Shown in pieces: positions 32,421-43,482 of a stretch of 64,000 nucleotides of DNA; positions within the stretch are counted from its first letter, which is position 1; every line of letters begins with the position of its first letter. Position numbers and translations under genes: made by a program. The stretch is taken from positions 186,001 through 250,000 of the forward strand of contig CDROCS010000122.1 of assembly GCA_977020255.1 (NCBI GenBank). Direction: 5' to 3'. The DNA comes from Obrimoposthia wandeli. Taxonomy: Eukaryota. Below the pieces are notes generated by a model. The model was given only the letters and a program-made list of their open reading frames with translations, made no database searches and was not told the DNA's origin.

Positions 32421-34907
32421 TTAAACTTTGGTGATTTTAATTGGGCACTTCTTGTAGTCTGTCTGTTTCGACAGTGGGTCAGTAGCATCCAAAATCAGTT
32501 TATTAACCAAAACACGCGCATCGAAGAACGGTACAAAGACCAATCCAACGGGTGGACGATTACGACCTCGCGTTTCTACTCGACAACGAACTTCACCACG
32601 GCGAGATTCCAGCAGCACTTCATCACCACGGCGCAAGCCGCGTTTTTGCGCATCATCTGGGTGGATAAAGCAAAGTGCATCAGGCACCGCTTTATACAAC
32701 TCAGGAACACGACGCGTCATTGTGCCGGTGTGCCAATGTTCAAGTACTCGACCTGTACATAGCCACATATCATATTCTTGATCAGGTTCTTCTGGTGCTG
32801 GTTCAAACGGTGCAAAAATGATGTTTGCTTTACCATCTGGCTTACCGTAAAAACGGAAACCTTCGCCTTCCGGTACATATGGGTCAGAACCTTCAACGAA
32901 GCGCCAAAGTGTTTCTTTACCATCAACTACTGGCCAACGTAAACCACGTACTTGGTGGTAAACATCGTACGGTGCCAAATCGTGACCATGGCCACGACCA
33001 AATTCTGCGTACTCTTCAAACAAACCTTTCTGTAAGTAGAAGCCTTGTGCTTTAGCATCATCGTTAAGCTCTTGTGCTTCTGAAAGCGGGAACTTATCAA
33101 CCTGACCATTGCGGAACAATACTTCGTACATGGTTTTGCCACGGTACTCTGGCATTTGTGCTAATAAGTCTTCACCCCACACTTCTTCAATCTTGAAGCG
33201 CTTAGAGAATTCCATTAACTGCCATAAATCAGACTTTGAATCACCTTGTGATTCGACTTGCTGATACCAAGCTTGAGTACGACGTTCTGCGTTACCGTAA
33301 GCACCTTCTTTTTCTACCCACATTGCTGTTGGTAAAATCAAATCAGAGGCTTGTGCCGTCACTGTTGGGTACGGGTCTGAACATACGATGAAGTTCTCTG
33401 GATTACGGTAACCCGGTAAACGTTCTTCGTTAATGTTTGGACCAGCCTGCATATTGTTATTACACATTACCCAGTAAGCATTTAGCTTGCCGTCTTTCAA
33501 CATGCGATCTTGCTGTACTGCGTGGTAACCAGGTTTTGGTGGAATCGTACCGTCAGGCAGTTTCCAAATTTTTTCTGCAATAGCACGGTGCTTAGGGTTT
33601 GCAACAACCATATCGGCAGGCAGACGGTGTGAGAATGTACCCACTTCACGTGCTGTACCACAAGCTGATGGCTGACCTGTTAATGAGAACGGGCTATTAC
33701 CAGGCTGAGAAATTTTACCGGTTAACAAGTGAATGTTATAAACCAGGCTGTTCATCCAAACGCCACGAGTATGTTGGTTCATACCCATTGTCCAAAGTGA
33801 CATTACTTTCACTTTTGGATCAGCGTATTGCTGCGCCATCTCTATTAGTTTTTCTTCAGGTACACCCGACATCTGCGATGCTTTTTCAACCGAGTACTCA
33901 GCAACAGATGCTTTGTACTGTTCGAAATCCATTGGGTGAAGCGCACCTGAGTTAGGGTGTTTTGCTTTCATCTGAAGAGGGTTATCGTCACGTAGACCAT
34001 AACCGATGTCTGTTTCAGCACGTTTAAAGTGCGTATGTTTTGTAACGAAATCCCAGTTTACTGCATCGTTTTGGATGATGTAGTTTGCGATAAAGTTAGC
34101 AATGGCTAGGTCGGTCTGCGGTTCGAAAATCATACCGTTATCAGCCAGTTCAAACGAACGGTGATAATACGTTGATAGCACGTTTACTTTAACATGAGGG
34201 TGACTTAAACGACGGTCAGTAATACGTGTCCACAGTACTGGATGCATTTCTGCCATGTTAGAGCCCCACAGCACGAATGAATCTGCGTGCTCGAAATCAT
34301 CGTAACAACCCATTGGCTCATCAATACCGAAAGTACGCATAAATCCACCTACAGCTGAAGCCATACAGTGACGCGCGTTAGGATCGATGTTGTTTGAACG
34401 GAAACCAGCCTTCATCATTTTTGATGCGGCATAGCCTTCCATAACAGTCCACTGACCAGAGCCGAACATACCAACACTTGTTGGTCCCTTCTCTTTCAGA
34501 GCTGTTTTGAATTTCTCGGCCATCACATCAAATGCGAGGTCCCAAGAAACAGGGGCAAAATCACCCTCTTTATCATACTCGCCGTTTTTCATACGCAACA
34601 TTGGCGTTTGTAAACGATCTTTGCCGTACATGATCTTAGAAAGGAAATAACCTTTAATACAGTTAAGACCTTTATTCACTGGTGCTTCAGGATCGCCCTG
34701 TGTTGCCACTACACGACCATTCTGTGTACCAACGAGCACTGAACAACCGGTACCACAAAAACGACAAGGCGCTTTGTCCCACTTAATTTTTGTTTCATCA
34801 GAGCTAACAATTAAGTTCGCCGCTGATGCTGGCAGGGTAATACCCGCAACAGCTGCCGCTGATGCTGCCGCGTTTGCTTTCACAAACGCACGTCTTGTCA
34901 TTTTCAT
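32421..34907 (-). CDS. napA: Periplasmic nitrate reductase NapA
   Basis: Tat signal TRRAFVK; CRFCGTGC; NARHCMASA. Confidence 0.98.
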   Translation of the reverse strand: MKMTRRAFVKANAAASAAAVAGITLPASAANLIVSSDETKIKWDKAPCRFCGTGCSVLVGTQNGRVVATQGDPEAPVNKGLNCIKGYFLSKIMYGKDRLQTPMLRMKNGEYDKEGDFAPVSWDLAFDVMAEKFKTALKEKGPTSVGMFGSGQWTVMEGYAASKMMKAGFRSNNIDPNARHCMASAVGGFMRTFGIDEPMGCYDDFEHADSFVLWGSNMAEMHPVLWTRITDRRLSHPHVKVNVLSTYYHRSFELADNGMIFEPQTDLAIANFIANYIIQNDAVNWDFVTKHTHFKRAETDIGYGLRDDNPLQMKAKHPNSGALHPMDFEQYKASVAEYSVEKASQMSGVPEEKLIEMAQQYADPKVKVMSLWTMGMNQHTRGVWMNSLVYNIHLLTGKISQPGNSPFSLTGQPSACGTAREVGTFSHRLPADMVVANPKHRAIAEKIWKLPDGTIPPKPGYHAVQQDRMLKDGKLNAYWVMCNNNMQAGPNINEERLPGYRNPENFIVCSDPYPTVTAQASDLILPTAMWVEKEGAYGNAERRTQAWYQQVESQGDSKSDLWQLMEFSKRFKIEEVWGEDLLAQMPEYRGKTMYEVLFRNGQVDKFPLSEAQELNDDAKAQGFYLQKGLFEEYAEFGRGHGHDLAPYDVYHQVRGLRWPVVDGKETLWRFVEGSDPYVPEGEGFRFYGKPDGKANIIFAPFEPAPEEPDQEYDMWLCTGRVLEHWHTGTMTRRVPELYKAVPDALCFIHPDDAQKRGLRRGDEVLLESRRGEVRCRVETRGRNRPPVGLVFVPFFDARVLVNKLILDATDPLSKQTDYKKCPIKITKV

Positions 34908-35176
34908 GAATCATCCTCAGATTGCGAATCAAAGTGTTCAATTTGGTGATACACTAAAAAAGTTATTAAAACATGTTCTAAGTTATTTATTTTATCTATA
35001 GTATCAGTTACATAGCCTTGATTTGCTGTTTCCAAAACTACAATAACCTTTCCCTCAGGGCTTTCGCCAGGTATTTCCGTATTTGGCATTTCAAGTATCT
35101 GAGCTTTTACTTCTTCTAAATATTCAGGTTTTACATGAACAACTAGGCTTGATATATGTACTTCTTCTTGCGCCAT
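34904..35176 (-). CDS. napD: NapA chaperone NapD (start reassigned to MAQEEV)
   Basis: HISSLVV; GKVIVVLE; LVYHQ; 4-bp overlap with napA. Confidence 0.92.
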   Translation of the reverse strand: MAQEEVHISSLVVHVKPEYLEEVKAQILEMPNTEIPGESPEGKVIVVLETANQGYVTDTIDKINNLEHVLITFLVYHQIEHFDSQSEDDS

Positions 35177-35190
35177 GAGCTCTTTCTCTT

Positions 35191-35670
35191 CTAATTTTTC
35201 GTGGTCATACTGATGGCTGATGCAGGGCAAACTGATAAGCAAGCACCACAGCCATTACACACGTCCGTATCTAACTCTGGTAATGCCACACCACCAGCTT
35301 GTAACTTGAAACGAATCGCCTGTACTTCACACATATCACCGCAGCTCCTGCATTCTATTTTGTGGTGAGCAAAACAGCTGGGGGTAATTTTTGCTTTTAA
35401 ATCCCAAGGCTGCTCCGTTGTAGGGCGGAACAATCTCTCAGGACAGACTTCAGCACATTGTGTACAAAACGTACACTCACCACGATTAAAGTCGATAATG
35501 GGGAACCCACCATCGCCCTTTACAATAATCTGTGTTTCACACGCATTAATACACTTGTTGCAGCGGGTACAGCTGTCTACAAATGTATCTTCATCAACAA
35601 CCCATGGCATTCGCGGTAATGCTGGTGTACGACGCCGAGAAAGTAAATTTCGGCGGGAACGATCGAACAT
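35191..35670 (-). CDS. napF: Ferredoxin-type NapF (start reassigned to MFDRSRR)
   Basis: Multiple CxxCxxCxxxC clusters; AAAGGT RBS before ATG 35670. Confidence 0.94.
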   Translation of the reverse strand: MFDRSRRNLLSRRRTPALPRMPWVVDEDTFVDSCTRCNKCINACETQIIVKGDGGFPIIDFNRGECTFCTQCAEVCPERLFRPTTEQPWDLKAKITPSCFAHHKIECRSCGDMCEVQAIRFKLQAGGVALPELDTDVCNGCGACLSVCPASAISMTTKN

Positions 35671-35817
35671 TTGCTTATACCTTTCGTAAAGTAATATGAA
35701 TAAAAAATATATATTACGGACTGTAATGTGTGTATCGACGGTAAACACCCTAAAGCGCTGTTCATAATCCGTCACTATTTTACACAGTAAGTGTAAATAC
35801 AGTCACAAATGCTTAAA

Positions 35818-35861
35818 TACCCACTTAGGGCTAATTTGCAGGGTTAGTTGTTTTGGATCAA
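35818..35861. promoter_or_regulatory. NarP 7-2-7 site and FNR-like site in napF/narQ divergent region
   Basis: TACCCAC-TT-AGGGCTA (35818-35833); TTGTT-TTGG-ATCAA (35848-35861). Confidence 0.55.
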
Positions 35862-35985
35862 AAAAATAAAACGTCAAACCCCACACTATTCAGTTTGGGG
35901 ATACAACAATAAGTATGGTGTAATAAAAAACGTTACCCAACTATTCTTAATGATTACATTGCCTTTTACTCAAAAAGGAAAGACT

Positions 35986-37683
35986 GTGCAAAACCGGCCA
36001 CTCAAACCAGTCACATCCACGATTGCCCGTGCGATGTTGGTTATACTGCTATTATCCGTCGCGACAACCAGCTTTGCGCTTTTAACATTAGCCTCGAGTT
36101 TAAACGATGCAGAAGCCATCAATGTTTCGGGTTCATTGCGTATGCAGAGCTACCGATTAGCTTATGATATAAATACGAACTCCCCCGAATTAACCCATCA
36201 TCTAGACCAATTTGAACAATCCCTCTTTTCTCCCTCTATGGCAGCGCTAGAGCATTGGACCGTTCCTACGAATATCAAAAAACATTACTACGGATTGATC
36301 GATCGCTGGGAAAATTTACACCCTTTGATGCATACCCCAGAACAGAGTCAATATTTGCAAGAAGTAGCAGAGTTTGTTCACCTCATCGATCGCTTTGTTT
36401 TTGAGTTGCAAGAATTCTCAGTGATCAAATTACAGCTGTTATCTGTCGCAGGCGGGATAGGCTTAAGCCTTATTTTAATTGTGGCGCTATTTACCATTCA
36501 CTTTACGCAACGAAAAATTGTGGCGCCATTAAACCAATTAGTTGCCGCCAGTGGCAAAGTACAAAGCGGTCATTTTGATATAACGATTGATATTAAAAGT
36601 GATAACGAGATTGGCCTTTTAGCCGAAAATTTCAGTAAAATGTCGTCTGAACTGGGCAAGTTATACCGTGGTTTAGAAAAAAGTGTTGATGAAAAAACCC
36701 GTCGATTACAGCATGCAAACGAATCATTACAGGTACTCTATAACTGCTCACAAGAATTATCGGTTAGTCGTCTCACATCTCAAAACTTTTCAACCATGCT
36801 TGAAACATTGGTTGCGATAGAAGGGCTTACGGCTGCTAAACTAGTAATAGATGAAACAACGGCTGGCAATACAGAGATCGTGGTCGGTACAGAAATAGAC
36901 CAGCGGTGGCATTATCAAGATCTCAATATTGATGGGAAGAATTTAGGTCAATTATGCTGGCAATATACGCTACCTTGTCCAGATCAAACCCTTATAGACA
37001 ATATTTCAAACATTTTGGCTCGGGGTATTTATTATAACCGCGCACAAAAGCAAAGTGAGCAGTTACTACTGTTAGAAGAGCGTGCAACAATTGCACGAGA
37101 GTTGCATGATTCACTAGCTCAATCATTGTCATACCTTAAAATTCAAATGACGCTATTGAAACGTCAATTAAAAGAAAAAGATAATGGCTGTAATAATACC
37201 AATAACATAGTAACGGATATAGATAGCGGCTTATCCGGTGCTTATACTCAATTACGTGAATTATTGAGCACATTCCGCTTAACCATTAAAGAGGCTGATT
37301 TTGGTGAGGCATTAGTCGAAATGCTAGAACCACTCGATAATCAAACCGATGCCATACTGGTTATTGATAACCATTTGTCATCGCTAAGCCTAGATGCACA
37401 TCATCAAATACATGTTCTTCAAGTCATTCGAGAAGCGGTGTTAAATGCGATAAAACATGCTCAAGCTGACGAGATAATTGTCACTTGTAGTCAAAAAGAT
37501 GAACAGGTTGATATCAAAATTTCTGATGATGGATTAGGGTTCGACCCTAAAAATGAAAAACTGAACCATTACGGCTTAGCCATAATGACTGAAAGGGCTT
37601 CGCGCTTAAATGGTAATATTAATATTACAACAATGCCAGGCGATGGTTGTGACGTTCACTTAACCTTTTCGCTTGAAATTTGA
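35986..37683 (+). CDS. narQ: Nitrate/nitrite sensor kinase NarQ (GTG start)
   Basis: P-box AEAINVSGSLRMQSYRL, HAMP, H-box ARELHDSLAQ; AAGGA RBS. Confidence 0.93.
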   Translation: MQNRPLKPVTSTIARAMLVILLLSVATTSFALLTLASSLNDAEAINVSGSLRMQSYRLAYDINTNSPELTHHLDQFEQSLFSPSMAALEHWTVPTNIKKHYYGLIDRWENLHPLMHTPEQSQYLQEVAEFVHLIDRFVFELQEFSVIKLQLLSVAGGIGLSLILIVALFTIHFTQRKIVAPLNQLVAASGKVQSGHFDITIDIKSDNEIGLLAENFSKMSSELGKLYRGLEKSVDEKTRRLQHANESLQVLYNCSQELSVSRLTSQNFSTMLETLVAIEGLTAAKLVIDETTAGNTEIVVGTEIDQRWHYQDLNIDGKNLGQLCWQYTLPCPDQTLIDNISNILARGIYYNRAQKQSEQLLLLEERATIARELHDSLAQSLSYLKIQMTLLKRQLKEKDNGCNNTNNIVTDIDSGLSGAYTQLRELLSTFRLTIKEADFGEALVEMLEPLDNQTDAILVIDNHLSSLSLDAHHQIHVLQVIREAVLNAIKHAQADEIIVTCSQKDEQVDIKISDDGLGFDPKNEKLNHYGLAIMTERASRLNGNINITTMPGDGCDVHLTFSLEI

Positions 37684-37692
37684 GGACAAAGT

Positions 37693-38319
37693 ATGACGTG
37701 TTGGAAAATAATGATAGTGGACGATCACCCACTGATGCGACGTGGTATTGGTCAACTATTAAGTTTTGAACCCGATTTTGAAATGATTGGTGAAGCAAGC
37801 AACGGGACTGATGCTGTCGCGATGGCACATGAGAAAAATCCCGATCTTATTTTGCTTGATTTGAATATGAAAGGCATGTCTGGTCTTGATACGTTAAATG
37901 TAATGCGTGCTGAAGGAATTTTTGCCAGTATCGTAGTACTAACCGTTTCAGATAGTCGTTCTGATGTGAAAGCGCTGGTCGCAGCAGGGGCTGATGGATA
38001 TTTATTGAAAGATACTGAACCCGATGAATTAATTAGCCTACTGAAACAAGCATTATGCGGTGGTAAAGCCTACAGTAATATCGTTCGAGAACTCCTAGAA
38101 AGTAATACCGAGCAGGACTGCCTATTAAGCTCATTGACTGATAGAGAGACTCAAATATTACAAGAAGTGGCTAAAGGCTACCGTAATAAACAAATTGCAG
38201 ATGCGCTGTTTATTTCAGAAGCGACCGTTAAAGTACATATGAAAAGTTTACTGAAAAAACTGCAAGTAAAATCACGTACAGCAGCCACTGTTTTGTATTT
38301 AGAAGCACAAGGGCAATAA
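37693..38319 (+). CDS. narP: NarL/NarP-family response regulator
   Basis: VDDHPLMRRG receiver; LuxR HTH SEATVKVH. Confidence 0.88.
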   Translation: MTCWKIMIVDDHPLMRRGIGQLLSFEPDFEMIGEASNGTDAVAMAHEKNPDLILLDLNMKGMSGLDTLNVMRAEGIFASIVVLTVSDSRSDVKALVAAGADGYLLKDTEPDELISLLKQALCGGKAYSNIVRELLESNTEQDCLLSSLTDRETQILQEVAKGYRNKQIADALFISEATVKVHMKSLLKKLQVKSRTAATVLYLEAQGQ

Positions 38320-38651
38320 TGAAAAAAATATACTTTATTGGCTTACTTTCTTTTTTATTAATGGGTTGTGAAACCACGGCCTTACACCGCGATGGTAAGC
38401 CAGTTCAGGTGACATGGAGTGACACTCAGCATATGAGTGAATGTGGGCTAAAAGGCACCATAGTGGCCTCTCAGGGTACATGGTATAACTACTGGTTATT
38501 GAACGATGGTGATTTAACAAAAGCCGTGTTGAATAATCTCAGAAATAAAGCAGGGAAACTGGGTGCAAATACTATCCATCTATACGCCCCACAAACCTTT
38601 GGCACATCCGTCACGATGACTGCAAATGCTTACTTATGCCCTAAAGCGTAA
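38319..38651 (+). CDS. DUF4156-like lipoprotein
   Basis: Lipobox LMGC; LRNKAGKLGANTI; TAATG overlap with narP. Confidence 0.7.
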   Translation: MKKIYFIGLLSFLLMGCETTALHRDGKPVQVTWSDTQHMSECGLKGTIVASQGTWYNYWLLNDGDLTKAVLNNLRNKAGKLGANTIHLYAPQTFGTSVTMTANAYLCPKA

Positions 38652-38683
38652 CGCTCAATTGTTTTATTAACACGTTATAAATA

Positions 38684-38706
38684 AAAACCGCAGTAACTGC
38701 GGTTTT
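38684..38706. terminator. Bidirectional terminator
   Basis: AAAACCGCAG-TAA-CTGCGGTTTT. Confidence 0.8.
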
Positions 38707-38709
38707 CTT

Positions 38710-38991
38710 TTAGCAAGCAACAGAGGTAATGAGATCCTTTTCTCGGTTTTCAACCCATTGCAGATCGAAAGGCCCCCAATCACTTAACTTATAATAGCCA
38801 TCATTGTGTCGTTTACCATCTTGAATAAACGTCAGTTCGATACCGATACCCGGCAAAGCTTTCAATACATCTTGAATCGTACGGCGTGGCCAACCAGTTT
38901 GTTCAATCAACCTTGGTACATTTGGGCGTTCGGTATGCTCAACAAGTAATGCCAAATAAAGACGGCGAGCAAAAACTGGATTCAATTCCAT
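38710..38991 (-). CDS. Small winged-helix protein, conserved hypothetical
   Basis: MELNPVFARRLYLALL; TGWPRRTIQDVLKAL HTH-like segment. Confidence 0.75.
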   Translation of the reverse strand: MELNPVFARRLYLALLVEHTERPNVPRLIEQTGWPRRTIQDVLKALPGIGIELTFIQDGKRHNDGYYKLSDWGPFDLQWVENREKDLITSVAC

Positions 38992-39424
38992 TGAGACCTC
39001 CATAATACAGAGGCTTCATTATTCCGATGATCCACAGCCAGCATGTTGAGTTTGATCAATTAGCTATTTAGTTTTCACCCTATACAAAGTCAAAAATGGG
39101 ACTTAGATCTCACTAATACATTAGTGGTAGTAAAAAAACGCCTCGCCAGACACGACACTCTTTTAATATCTAACCTGTTTAATGACGCTTAAAAGTTATA
39201 ATCACTAGGAATCATACATGCCCAAGAGCAATATCTGTTTTAATGGTCACGTAATCATTAATCATATAATCAAGCCCCACATTGACCGCTAACCCCGTTT
39301 CAAATCGCTCAAATCAATCTTCTTACCAGTAGAATTAGAATGGTCATTGCCTTTCGTTGATAAGTAGCAGCTAAACAGTATCAGTAGTAGTATCTGTGTT
39401 TTTTATACCTACAGATAAGGTCAT

Positions 39425-39883
39425 ATGATGGGCGGTGCACAAAAGTTACTTAAAGCCACACAAGATGCAATCAAACATAAGCCAGTATTACTTGATGTAT
39501 TAACTGAAAAAGAAAGACAAAGCATTCATCAAGCCTTTACGAATGGAACACCGCTTGAACTTAATGCCGCGGCGTTATTAGTCATTTTTCAAGCCCCGCA
39601 GCGTTTAATTGAAGATGAACTAACACTAAAAAACGGTGTGTTGTCTGTCTATTCATGGCAAAACGAAAATAATGAAATCAGTCTTTTTACCTATTTCGAT
39701 GAAACGCGTTGTCTCGTCACAATAGAACATGATGCCATCATCGCTCAGCCAGTCACTCTAGATTCTGTCATCAATGGGGATAGCTTTACGCCTTTTACAC
39801 TTGCTGAGGGTGAAGTGAAGAAAATGGAACATTTTTATCAAGAGTTTCGCCAAGACGCTAATGATGAATGGTTAAACGAATAA
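39425..39883 (+). CDS. Hypothetical protein
   Basis: 152-aa ORF with AAGGT RBS; no family recognised. Confidence 0.65.
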   Translation: MMGGAQKLLKATQDAIKHKPVLLDVLTEKERQSIHQAFTNGTPLELNAAALLVIFQAPQRLIEDELTLKNGVLSVYSWQNENNEISLFTYFDETRCLVTIEHDAIIAQPVTLDSVINGDSFTPFTLAEGEVKKMEHFYQEFRQDANDEWLNE

Positions 39884-39987
39884 AAATAAGTCTGTTTTAA
39901 AAAGTGACCGCCATCACCCATTGCGCAGGTTAGCTATTCTCGCTATAAAGGAAAGCTAACAAATAACAAAATAAAGTCAGCATCATT

Positions 39988-40335
39988 ATGAGCACAATCG
40001 CCTACGGCATTAAAAACTGCGACACCATTAAAAAAATGAAAAAATGGCTAGAAGCAGAAAGTATTGATTACACCTTCCATGACTACCGCGTTGATGGTCT
40101 AGATCAAGCGATGTTAGAAAAGTTTGAATCTCAATTAGGTTGGGAAGCAATGGTCAATAAACGTGGTACAACTTTCCGCCAGTTAACTGACGAGCAAAAA
40201 GCCAACCTAAACCAAGAAACTGCGATTAGCTTTATGTTGGAATCACCCGCAATGATCAAACGCCCATTGCTTGTTCATAACGATAGCTACCACCTCGGTT
40301 TCAAACCAGCGCAATATCAAGAAATTTTCCAGTAA
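39988..40335 (+). CDS. ArsC/Spx-family protein (YffB-like)
   Basis: YGIKNCDTIKK; VNKRGTT; MIKRPLL; upstream of dapE. Confidence 0.9.
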   Translation: MSTIAYGIKNCDTIKKMKKWLEAESIDYTFHDYRVDGLDQAMLEKFESQLGWEAMVNKRGTTFRQLTDEQKANLNQETAISFMLESPAMIKRPLLVHNDSYHLGFKPAQYQEIFQ

Positions 40336-40346
40336 CCACTCTCTAA

Positions 40347-41497
<1,151 letters not shown>

Positions 41498-41498
<1 letters not shown>

Positions 41499-42184
41499 TA
41501 ACACTCGCCCAGCAGCTAACTGCTGGGCAACTCACAGGTCAAAATACTGATCACTTAGTGAGCCATCAACAACACCTTCTGCATAAAGATATGCAGCCAG
41601 CTTTTGCTGCCTTGCAGCAGGCTGCACAGATCGCTGGATTTGATTTACAACTTGCCAGTGCTTTTCGCCCTTTCGAACGCCAATTACTCATATGGAATAA
41701 TAAATTTAACGGTTTAAGGCCTTTGCTTGATAGCAACAGTCAGCCATTAGATGCGAGCTCGTTATCTGAATTAGAAAAGATTGAAGCTATTTTACGCTGG
41801 TCTGCATTACCAGGTGCGAGCCGACACCATTGGGGAACCGATGTCGATGTCTATGCTAAAAATTGTTTACCTGTAAACACCTCACTACAGCTAGAACCAT
41901 GGGAATACCAAGCCAACGGACATCAAGCCGAATTTAATCAATGGCTAAGTGCACATATGAGTGAGTATGGGTTTTACTTACCTTATGCTGAAGATAAAGG
42001 TGGCGTTGCCCTAGAGCCTTGGCACATCAGTTACCACCCAATAAGCCAAATTTTACAGCAACAACTTACGCTTGATCTGCTTTACCACACACTTAGTGAA
42101 AATGAGATAGCAGGAAAGTCGCAGATCCTTAAAAACCTTGATAGTCTTTATACAAGGTTCATCACTAATATTTGTGAGGTCTAA
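41498..42184 (+). CDS. M15-family D,D-carboxypeptidase (start uncertain)
   Basis: SAFRPFERQ; SRHHWGTDVD; EPWHIS; in-frame ATA at 41498, upstream GTG at 41426 lies inside dapE. Confidence 0.85.
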
Positions 42185-42385
42185 ATGGAATGGTTACTCA
42201 ACCCTTGGGTGATTAGTGTTGTCATACTGAGTGTCGTTGTTAGCAACATTATGGCGTTGAAATACACAGCCAACATGAAGTTTGGTGATCGTGACAAGAT
42301 TAAATACCTCAAAGAAAAACACGACAAAGAACAAGCATTGAAAAATGAAGACAATAAAACAAGCAGTAACGATACTAGCAACTAG
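42185..42385 (+). CDS. DUF2897-like small membrane protein
   Basis: WLLNPWVI; SNIMALKYTANMKF. Confidence 0.75.
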   Translation: MEWLLNPWVISVVILSVVVSNIMALKYTANMKFGDRDKIKYLKEKHDKEQALKNEDNKTSSNDTSN

Positions 42386-42402
42386 CAAAAGACAACCCAC
42401 AC

Positions 42403-42437
42403 AAAAAAGGCTTTGGTGTACTTCCCAAAGCCTTTTT
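42403..42437. terminator. Bidirectional terminator
   Basis: AAAAAGGCTTTGG-N8-CCAAAGCCTTTTT. Confidence 0.85.
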
Positions 42438-42455
42438 ATATCTGCGGTTTAGTAT

Positions 42456-43352
42456 TTACTCTTTTTCAATTGCGGTTATTGTGGCTATTTCTTCATTGAT
42501 TTGAATTTGTTCCACTTTTTGTAGCTCAATTTGCTCAATAAGACCCAGGCTCGGGTTAAACCAACGCTCAGCAGACGTTGCAAACTCCATAGAATCCATA
42601 TCTTCGCAGTTCACATAGTAAATGTTGTCTTCTTTCAGGTAAGCCGCTTCGATGGTTTTACCTGATACCGTGAAAGTTTTGCGCGCACCAGTTTCATTTA
42701 CTTGCTGTTGCCAAGTCACATTGCAAGAAGCCATGTCCGGCAAGGCTTGAACCCAATCGTGCTCTTCGAAATTATCAAGTATGTTCTTTACGGATGTACC
42801 TTTTAACACTAGTTGTAACGAAACGGTTTCCATGCTGATATCAATGTTCAGGCTCTTTTCTTTAACCTCTGCACCATTCAAGTAGAAAACTGGGCTGCTA
42901 CGCATCAGAGCCAGAGTAAAAGTACTATCTATTAAGTAAGCATCCGTAATCTCATGTAGGGCACCGTCTGTACCTGCAAAGTAGAGTGTGTTGTCTACTT
43001 CGCCATCGTCTTGTACTTCATCTGAGTAGTAGAACTGCTGAACACCATAATTGACCAAATCATTGACAATGTTGATAACTTCTTCGCTGCCAGGTTCTTG
43101 TTCTAATGCTGCCAACATTTGTTCACTGTCGAGCGATTGGAAACTCAACTTCATCTCACCTTCATGCTGACCGTCAATGCTAAACGTGTAGTTCAGTTTA
43201 GTTGCGGAGCTTGGCGTAAACACAGAATTTTTAATCGGGTAACTAAAAGTACTACCAGTATCTTTACCAGCGCCAGAGCCAGATGAAGAGCCACCACCAC
43301 AGCCATAAAGTGCGAGCGTTGCTGCGGCAATAAGTGTCATTTTTTTTAGCAT
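42456..43352 (-). CDS. Lipoprotein of unknown function
   Basis: Lipobox LYGC followed by GGGSSSGSG tether; acidic; C-terminal RWFNPSLGLI. Confidence 0.8.
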   Translation of the reverse strand: MLKKMTLIAAATLALYGCGGGSSSGSGAGKDTGSTFSYPIKNSVFTPSSATKLNYTFSIDGQHEGEMKLSFQSLDSEQMLAALEQEPGSEEVINIVNDLVNYGVQQFYYSDEVQDDGEVDNTLYFAGTDGALHEITDAYLIDSTFTLALMRSSPVFYLNGAEVKEKSLNIDISMETVSLQLVLKGTSVKNILDNFEEHDWVQALPDMASCNVTWQQQVNETGARKTFTVSGKTIEAAYLKEDNIYYVNCEDMDSMEFATSAERWFNPSLGLIEQIELQKVEQIQINEEIATITAIEKE

Positions 43353-43482
43353 AGCTTTACATACCTAATCAAGGAGGCCCAGAAAGTCGGGCTGTTGTTC
43401 GAATGTCGGCATGCTAATTTTTGTGACAAAAAAGGGCAAAAAACAAAAGTTAACAAAAGTTAATAAAAGCTTAATTTTATAT

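Noticed and set aside
35671-35985. Long N-terminal extensions of napF and narQ in the ORF track (also flgB, napD, crl, proA, ligA)
   Set aside because: They run through promoter DNA; better RBS-supported starts lie downstream
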